Source of the DNA: Bacteriovoracia bacterium
GTDB taxonomy: Bacteria > Bdellovibrionota > UBA1018 > CAIPTA01
DNA length: 64,000 nucleotides
NCBI GenBank assembly: GCA_050246755.1
Contig: JBFWVL010000001.1
Coordinates: 1,036,611-1,100,610, forward strand
Direction of reading: 5' to 3'
The notes beneath the pieces were generated by a model that made no database searches, had not been told where the DNA came from, and worked only from the letters and a program-made list of their open reading frames with translations. This document shows, piece by piece, positions 57,919-64,000 of this stretch. The first letter of the stretch is position 1. Each line of letters opens with the position of its first letter. Both the position numbers and the translations under genes were made by a program.

Positions 57919-58707
57919 CTATGCCTTCAGCATCATGCGGCCAGTATAATCGATTCGCTGTAGAAGCGGATGGACTCCCTTAGCAGCGAAATACTCATCG
58001 GCCGCCTTGCGCGCGCCGAGCCAGTGGCCGTAATCATCGAGAATCAAAACTCCGCGGGCCGCGAGCAAAGGATACAAATGCTCCATCTCGTGCTTGGTGG
58101 ATTCGTACCAATCCGTGTCCAAGCGAAGCAGCGAGATGGTTTTAGGGATCTGCGAAGGTATCGTTTCCTCTACCTTTCCCTGAATAAGATGAACTTTCGC
58201 GCTGGGATATCCGGTAGCAAGAATATTCTTACGCACCTCTTCGATGCCCGCATAGCACCAGTCGTTATGATCCTCGCGCTGCTGCTTATCGAATTTAGGC
58301 TGCGCGCTCTTCCCGGAATGGCTTACATCGGAATCCGTAGGGGCGCTCATGCCGGAAAAAGTATCGTAGAGATATAAATCCCGATCGGTTTTGCCAAGGG
58401 CCAACAAGGTATAAGCCATCACCATGGAGCTTCCGCCGCGCCATACTCCGCATTCCACGAAATCGCCGGAAAGATTATTTTGCACAACGTAGCGAACCGC
58501 TTGCCAGACCGAGAACATTCGCTCGGCGGAGGTCATGGTGAAAGGACGGCAAAGCTCGTGAATTTTGCGAAACTCTGGATCGAAATCCGGCGGCAGCGGT
58601 TCCACGGCGCGTAGTCTCCGGATCTCAAATCCGAGCGCGCGGAACGGGGCCTGAATCGACTGTTTAAGTTTTTCCACAAACCTTCCTTCCATAGCCAACA
58701 ACGCCAA
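57919..58707 (-). CDS. TylF/MycF-family (macrocin-type) O-methyltransferase
   Basis: GDFVECGVWRGGSSMVMA, LYLYDTFSGM, LRLDTDWYEST, VLILDDYG. Confidence 0.8.
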   Translation of the reverse strand: MALLAMEGRFVEKLKQSIQAPFRALGFEIRRLRAVEPLPPDFDPEFRKIHELCRPFTMTSAERMFSVWQAVRYVVQNNLSGDFVECGVWRGGSSMVMAYTLLALGKTDRDLYLYDTFSGMSAPTDSDVSHSGKSAQPKFDKQQREDHNDWCYAGIEEVRKNILATGYPSAKVHLIQGKVEETIPSQIPKTISLLRLDTDWYESTKHEMEHLYPLLAARGVLILDDYGHWLGARKAADEYFAAKGVHPLLQRIDYTGRMMLKA

Positions 58708-58847
58708 GCGTCGGAGTTGAGCTGGGAGATCGAGAGCAATAAGGGGTTTTATCGCTCGGAGAGGGCCGGGGTCAAGGTGGAGGAGGCGTCCATTTCACTC
58801 TTGAATATGGTAGAACACCGGAAACGGACAAATACTTCGAGGGTAAG

Positions 58848-59510
58848 ATGACCTACTCCACCGATTGGGAAGACCGCTACCGAGAAGGGGCTCAAAAAAG
58901 CCTCTGGCCATGGTCCGATCTGATTTCCGCCGTAATGCGTCACGCGCGGCCCCAAAATAAAGAGTACCGAGTTTTGGAGCTTGGCCCCGGCCTCGGTGCG
59001 AATATCCCTTTTTTTGAATCCCTCGGCGTGGACTATTGGGGACTAGACGGTAGCGAATCAGCCGTTTCCGCGATTGCAGAGCGCTTTCCGAAATACGCGG
59101 CTAATATCCGGCAGGGAGATTTTTCCCGCCCCCTCCCCTACGAAACCTGCTTCGACGCGGTTATCGATCGGGCCGCCGTGACTCATAATTCCCGGGAGTC
59201 TATACTTTCCATCATCCGGGAGGTGCATCGCGTGCTTAAGCCGGGAGGCAAGTTCGTGGGGATCGACTGGTTTTCGAAAAGCTATTCGGAATTCAAGAAA
59301 AGCTCAGGTACGGATCCACATACCCGAAAATTTAATCAAGGCCCCTTCGCCAATCTGGGTCTGGTCCATTTTTCCGACCAAGAGGACCTGAACGAAATTT
59401 TTAAAGATTTCCGCTTTCTCCTTCTGGAAGAAAAAATCATGCGCCGTGAAATTCCCGCAGACTCTTTCGTCTACGCCAGCTGGAATTTAGTGGCGGAGAA
59501 AGTGAAGTAG
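58848..59510 (+). CDS. Class I SAM-dependent methyltransferase
   Basis: RVLELGPGLGAN motif I. Confidence 0.7.
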   Translation: MTYSTDWEDRYREGAQKSLWPWSDLISAVMRHARPQNKEYRVLELGPGLGANIPFFESLGVDYWGLDGSESAVSAIAERFPKYAANIRQGDFSRPLPYETCFDAVIDRAAVTHNSRESILSIIREVHRVLKPGGKFVGIDWFSKSYSEFKKSSGTDPHTRKFNQGPFANLGLVHFSDQEDLNEIFKDFRFLLLEEKIMRREIPADSFVYASWNLVAEKVK

Positions 59511-59513
59511 ATT

Positions 59514-60875
59514 TTGAAAAAAATCGTCTTCGTTATCGAGCGAATCCTGATCAACAAATGGTACGCGCCTTTGATCGATCAGGCCCTCTCACGTGGTTTC
59601 ACCGTAGAATGCTGGCTCGATCAAAAAGATATTTCGCAAACCACCAAATGGTACGAAACCCCTTCTGCGGAAAAGATGCCGAGATTTTCTAGCGGCACTC
59701 CGAGCTACCGCGACTATAGCGGCGATGCGGAACTTGCGCGTCTAACCGAAAATGCAGGCGACATCATTCTATTCACGGATCGCCCACCGAACTGCGAAAA
59801 GCCGGATAACCAGCTGTGGGCTCACGTGGTCACTACCTATTTCGACTCCTACGCCAGCCTGGCGCCGAAAACTTTAGATAAGTTCGATTTCGTCTATTGC
59901 GCCACGGAATATTGGGCCAAGGCCGCAGAAACTTTTTATCTCCTTTCCAAAAGGGCCGAGCCTAACTCTCCCGAAATCTTGAGCCTCAGAAAAAAACTAG
60001 TCCCGCTCGGCGTACCCCAGTTCGATCACTTCGCCATGATCGACCGAAATGCGGTTCGCAAAAAAATGGGAATTCCTCCCGATGCTAAAGTGGTGACCGT
60101 GTACGTGTTCGAACCCGGCATTACTTATTGGGCCCAGCGCATTTTCTGGGTGCCGGAGCTTTGGAAACGCTTGCTGCACATCCTGATCTTACCGATCAGT
60201 TACGAGCGATTTTACAGCAAAGTGGGAAAAGCGAAATTCTGGAAGATGCTTTGGTGGTCGATCGTGGAAAGACCCGGTTACCTAGCCGCTGCTTTTCGCG
60301 ACCCCTCGGAAAAAGAAGTGCTCTTTAAGATCAAAGAATTCTGTGCGCGGAACGGCTATTTCCTGCTTTTTAAGTACCGAAAAAAATACCACACCCCTCG
60401 TCCGTATCAGGTGGGACTAGCCGATCACACCCTCTATGAGGACCCCGATTATTATCCTTACACTTCCGCGCAAGTAATCGCCGCTTCCGACCTGCTCATT
60501 GCCAATTTTTCCACCGCGGTGGGTGAGGCCGCCTATTACGGCGTACCCTCAATCCATCTCGTGCCCCTGGAAGCCAAGTGGCAGCTCGAGCATCAATATC
60601 GTTTAGTGTACAAAGAAAATTCGGCCGAGCTCGCACACGCCTTCTGGAATATCATTCACAACAACGCTCCCGGAAATTTCTACAATTTTCCCGGCGTAGT
60701 GAATAATATGACCGTGAATGAGCTGGTGAGAGAGCTGCCTAAGCGCAAGCTCGAAGATTTCCCGGTGAATAAAGAGGCCGCCGTCCAGTACCGCCGCAAG
60801 TTTTTATCACCTTCCGACGAGCCTTCGGCAAAACTGATTCTGAATCATATTCAGCGGCAAAAAGGCTGGGCTTAA
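59514..60875 (+). CDS. Hypothetical protein; weak resemblance to the TagF-like CDP-glycerol glycerophosphotransferase family
   Basis: VVTVYVFEPG and ASDLLIANFSTAVGEAAYYGVPSIHL resemble TagF KKVILYAPTWR / SDLLITDYSSVFFD segments. Confidence 0.35.
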   Translation: MKKIVFVIERILINKWYAPLIDQALSRGFTVECWLDQKDISQTTKWYETPSAEKMPRFSSGTPSYRDYSGDAELARLTENAGDIILFTDRPPNCEKPDNQLWAHVVTTYFDSYASLAPKTLDKFDFVYCATEYWAKAAETFYLLSKRAEPNSPEILSLRKKLVPLGVPQFDHFAMIDRNAVRKKMGIPPDAKVVTVYVFEPGITYWAQRIFWVPELWKRLLHILILPISYERFYSKVGKAKFWKMLWWSIVERPGYLAAAFRDPSEKEVLFKIKEFCARNGYFLLFKYRKKYHTPRPYQVGLADHTLYEDPDYYPYTSAQVIAASDLLIANFSTAVGEAAYYGVPSIHLVPLEAKWQLEHQYRLVYKENSAELAHAFWNIIHNNAPGNFYNFPGVVNNMTVNELVRELPKRKLEDFPVNKEAAVQYRRKFLSPSDEPSAKLILNHIQRQKGWA

Positions 60876-60876
60876 T

Positions 60877-62793
60877 TTAACGGATATTTTTCAAAATAAA
60901 CTCGGCTAAGCGCTCATTAGCTTTTCCATCGAGCTGACCCACCACTCTTTCGGCGAATTTTTGCCCGTGGGCAATCCATTTCTCGCGATAGACCGGATCC
61001 CCGTGGAGTCGGCCTATCTCCTGGCCCAGATCTCCTCCGGTTACCACGCAAACGCCGGACTTATATCTCTGATAGGCGAATCTTCCGCCCTCCATATCGA
61101 AGGCCGCGAAGGCCGTTTCACTGCCGCCGATCGCCAGCGGCGTGCGCGTAAAATTCACTTCCAGGTTCGCCGTGCTTCCGGGGGTGCCCACCACCACATC
61201 GGCGGCCGCGCACAACAGATCGAGCGGAACCTCTCCGATGACTACTTTTGCGCCGACGCAATACCGCCTAGCCTGATCTTCCAGCAAGGCACGGTCCTCG
61301 AATGGATGGCCCTTGATCACCATCTGCGCACCGCAAGTTTTAGCCGCGGCTTCGCATTCCCGCAAAATCCATTTTTTATCTTCCCAGCCGAGCGTGAAAG
61401 AAACAGCCCGAGAAAGGAAGAGAAAGATCGGCTTCTGCGGATCTAGCCCCAGCTTTTGCCGCACACTTTTTTCGGCTGCTTGCTTGGATTTTTCGTCGAA
61501 TACCCGCTCGAACAGCACGCTACCCGCGTTCAGCGAACTACTCCGCTTCGCAATCCCTTTTGCCTCCCAGCGATCGATGAACCAAGGCGTAAGGGCCGCA
61601 TAGAAATCGCCCATCCCGCGAATATGATTTTCTACCAGCGTGGCCGAAGAATTGTATCCATCCATGATCTGCTGATCGTAGAACGCCGGAATTTTAAGCC
61701 GTCGGGCCGTATCGGCCGAAATATAAGGCAACTCCAGCGGATCGGTGAAAACGAAGGCCACCGGCGCTATTTTTGAGATCGCACGGTCGATATAGCGGGC
61801 GGTAAGCGCGGCGATGGCCGCCTCGTCGAACCAAATCTCTCTCATGGCCGCCGCATGGAACTTCGCGATGTTTACGCCTTCATATTCATGGGTCAAAGCT
61901 TGGATTAACGTACGCTTCGCGCGCCAAAGACGCGCAAGTTTTCCGTGCAAAGAGAAGTAGTCCCGCTTGAGGGGAAATTCAGCGAGTAGATCTTCGAGAT
62001 TCACTACTTCGGGAGCTAGGCGAACGGAAAAAAAAGGTTGGAGAGCGATCGCCTTGGTTCCCTTTTTCTCTAGTGCCCGCATAGTGGGCCGGGCATAGTG
62101 GTATACTCGCTCTTTACCCATGCCGAAAATAACGCCGCCCCGAAAAGAAGAAAGATCTCGTCGTGAGATATGCACAAATCGCCGCGAAAAATGCCTTAAC
62201 GCTCGCTTAACATCTCCATAAATTTTGGCGCATTCTTCCAGCGCAATAAGGGGAAGCGCGGAAATGATGCTGGCCGGCGATACGGGGACCCGGGTACCGG
62301 CCGTTCCGGCAGAAGCGGCCAAAAGCAGTTCGCAAAAATATCCCCTTCCCGCCAGATTTAAAGAAACAATCGGGTTCTTTTGGAGAAAATTTCTGATCCC
62401 GGAGATAAAATAGGGCAAGTCTTCCCCATGAGGAGAAATGAAACGGTAGCTCAGGGCGCGAGGAATGGAAATTCCCCCTTCCCAGGCTGAAGCATCCATC
62501 TCGAGGATTTTAATCGCCGCATCGTTGAAATCGCTAAACTCGCGAAAATCTTCCGCGTAACAGCTGGCAAGCAAACGCAGCTCCGGCCAGGCGATCGCCT
62601 GGTACCCTAGCGAAACCGCAACTTCCTTAAGGGCCGCCGGGCCCAATACCCAATCATCGGCCTCCATATTTCTTCTCGCGAGGAAAAAATTTATCCTTAG
62701 AAGAAATTTGGCGAGAAAAAAAAGCGGGGGAGATGCCACGATTCGCGGCGAGATTTCTTCAAGAGCCAGGAGTTTTACCGGATGCGGAGCCAC
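60877..62793 (-). CDS. Hypothetical protein; weak resemblance to capsule-biosynthesis KpsC/KpsS (Capsule_synth) type GT-B-like proteins
   Basis: MVIKGHPFED (HP motif) followed by AADVVVGTPGSTANLE. Confidence 0.3.
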   Translation of the reverse strand: MAPHPVKLLALEEISPRIVASPPLFFLAKFLLRINFFLARRNMEADDWVLGPAALKEVAVSLGYQAIAWPELRLLASCYAEDFREFSDFNDAAIKILEMDASAWEGGISIPRALSYRFISPHGEDLPYFISGIRNFLQKNPIVSLNLAGRGYFCELLLAASAGTAGTRVPVSPASIISALPLIALEECAKIYGDVKRALRHFSRRFVHISRRDLSSFRGGVIFGMGKERVYHYARPTMRALEKKGTKAIALQPFFSVRLAPEVVNLEDLLAEFPLKRDYFSLHGKLARLWRAKRTLIQALTHEYEGVNIAKFHAAAMREIWFDEAAIAALTARYIDRAISKIAPVAFVFTDPLELPYISADTARRLKIPAFYDQQIMDGYNSSATLVENHIRGMGDFYAALTPWFIDRWEAKGIAKRSSSLNAGSVLFERVFDEKSKQAAEKSVRQKLGLDPQKPIFLFLSRAVSFTLGWEDKKWILRECEAAAKTCGAQMVIKGHPFEDRALLEDQARRYCVGAKVVIGEVPLDLLCAAADVVVGTPGSTANLEVNFTRTPLAIGGSETAFAAFDMEGGRFAYQRYKSGVCVVTGGDLGQEIGRLHGDPVYREKWIAHGQKFAERVVGQLDGKANERLAEFILKNIR

Positions 62794-63807
62794 TTATTTT
62801 CCCGGATCGAGAATACAGTGATAGTACGGATTCAAGGTGCCGCCGAAACTGAGCTTAAACCAGCCGCGGGCCGGGCTATTTACGCCTTCAAGATCCACCA
62901 TGGTGATGCCCACTTGGCTTAACGCCTTAAATGCGTCCCAGATCACTATCGTGCCTGAATAACGGTCGATATGCTCTGGATCGTTCCCGCCGAAAAGATA
63001 GTAGGCATTTTTACCGTGAAGGCCAAAAAGCGCCGCGCTAACCGCCTTCCCCTCTTTGTTATTCACCACGAAAAGCTTCGCGAGGTTGATTTCCAGCAGG
63101 TTAGAGGCCAATGCTTCGATTCGCCGGCAGCGGGCGTCTACTTCCGCCATTTCGGCGTTCTGTTTGGCGAAGGTAGCCCTATAAAGACGGATAAGATCGG
63201 CGACGCTGCCTTTTTCGGAGGCGCTTATCCCGTCTTTTCTCGCGTAACGGATTTCTTGCCGGCGCGATGAACTCATTTCTTCGTAGGCCAAGCAAGCTTG
63301 CTCATCGGAATTCCCACGAATCGATTCGATATTGACCAACGTGGTATAGCGGATACGAATCGAGAATTTTTTCGCCGCATCGGCCTCATGGTAATTATGC
63401 CAGAGAAATGGGCGAATATCGTTGAGGCTAGGCGCTAACGCCATCATGATTTTTTTAAACTTTAGCGCAAGTTCACTGATCACGAATTCCGTTATTTCAA
63501 ATCGCTTGGAAAGAATAGTCTGATTACCCTCGTTGCCGCTTGGTGGGAAAAGAACGAGGCCGCTGTAGATAACCAAATCGTCGAAATCCGTTTTTTCGGA
63601 ATCGGTCTCGTCCAATACGAGATAAACGCCGGCGCGAGGTTCCCCGCCCTTGATCACCTGAAAATAAGCGATCTTACGCCCGGTGGCCTCGAGGTATTCT
63701 GCCCGCGCAAAAAGCGTGGCGTCCGGGCTCCGTTCCACGAATCGGTTCCATTGGAGCGAATCCTGGATCGGCAGCAGTGAATATTTGTCCGTAACGCCCT
63801 TAGACAA
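62794..63807 (-). CDS. GNAT-fold acyltransferase of the FemAB / BioF2-like (Acetyltransf_6) family
   Basis: Size about 337 aa, C-terminal ...NAYYLFGGNDPEH...; context. Confidence 0.45.
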   Translation of the reverse strand: MSKGVTDKYSLLPIQDSLQWNRFVERSPDATLFARAEYLEATGRKIAYFQVIKGGEPRAGVYLVLDETDSEKTDFDDLVIYSGLVLFPPSGNEGNQTILSKRFEITEFVISELALKFKKIMMALAPSLNDIRPFLWHNYHEADAAKKFSIRIRYTTLVNIESIRGNSDEQACLAYEEMSSSRRQEIRYARKDGISASEKGSVADLIRLYRATFAKQNAEMAEVDARCRRIEALASNLLEINLAKLFVVNNKEGKAVSAALFGLHGKNAYYLFGGNDPEHIDRYSGTIVIWDAFKALSQVGITMVDLEGVNSPARGWFKLSFGGTLNPYYHCILDPGK

Positions 63808-64000
63808 TTGAAAATAACCCCTAATTTAGGTGCAGTCCCCATTTTTGGCCCGAAAGCTCCAATTCCACAAGCAGGAAGCAGGGCCGGAATCGATGATAAC
63901 ATAACGCACTTCGCCCATGGTACTCTCTAGCTAAAGGGAGGGGATCTTCTGGAGTTCCGACGAGTAAAAATCACCGATTCCGAGCTACTCCTACTTTGGC

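Noticed and set aside
63654-63902. 82-aa ORF overlapping the start of the FemAB-like gene
   Set aside because: No motif, it overlaps a better-supported start, and it lies in an upstream region that is likely a promoter.
1-64000. Search for CRISPR arrays, IS/transposase/integrase genes, tRNA or rRNA genes
   Set aside because: I saw no arrays of regular direct repeats with spacers, no transposase- or integrase-like translations, and no tRNA-like cloverleaf sequences. Intergenic regions are short (generally under 200 nt). This was judged by eye only.

Overview
This is a 64 kb stretch of bacterial chromosome, of Gram-negative type judging by its gene content (Bat aerotolerance operon, NtrY-like sensor kinase, LPS/capsule-type sugar pathways). 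GC looks like the mid 50s percent by eye. I found no rRNA, tRNA, CRISPR array, transposase or integrase.

Positions 1-17.3 kb are housekeeping genes. On the minus strand there is a partial N-terminal NtrY-like sensor kinase that runs off the window start. Next comes an RNase E/G-family ribonuclease with an unusual long acidic plus RG-rich insertion in its S1 domain. Then follow two small envelope proteins, a tightly coupled maf-yggS-rluA cluster, a convergent second RluA-family pseudouridine synthase and a RimI-like GNAT acetyltransferase. The block ends with a Bat-type operon (MoxR ATPase, DUF58, a TM protein, BatA, a fused BatB/BatC with a long K/E/Q/D-rich tail, and BatD).

Positions 17.3-63.8 kb are a roughly 46 kb surface-glycan super-locus, the most interesting part of the window. 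It has about 45 genes in about 11 alternating-strand blocks, and many gene pairs share ATGA or GTGA start/stop overlaps. I read three nucleotide-sugar routes from the sequence:
- A CDP-dideoxyhexose route: RfbF/RfbG/RfbH (E1) with no recognisable E3 reductase, plus a DegT aminotransferase and an RmlC-like cupin.
- A UDP-GlcNAcA/GalNAcA route: a TviB/WbpO/WbpA-family 6-dehydrogenase and a CapI-like 4-epimerase.
- A complete UDP-2,3-diacetamido-mannuronic acid route: WbpB, WbpD, WbpE and WbpI homologs.

Interleaved with the Wbp genes is a full set of Arn/Lgm-like parts. These are a formyltransferase with the ArnA N-domain motif, an ArnD-like NodB deformylase/deacetylase, an ArnA C-domain-like decarboxylase, an ArnC-like GT2 and an ArnT-like GT-C. 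Together they look like a polyprenyl-phosphate-linked aminosugar transfer system.

The locus also carries:
- A NodU/CmcH carbamoyltransferase, six class I SAM methyltransferases (one TylF-like) and two NodB-like deacetylases.
- Three GT1 and five GT2 glycosyltransferases.
- A YfhO-family GT-C and several other large GT-C-like membrane proteins, plus Wzy_C (O-antigen ligase / O-oligosaccharyltransferase family) proteins.
- A single MsbA/PglK-like fused ABC exporter, with no recognisable Wzx, Wzm/Wzt or Wza/Wzc.
- A TagF-like protein, a KpsC/KpsS-like protein and a FemAB-like acyltransferase.

All identifications come from reading motifs and remembered family sequences. I ran no database search.
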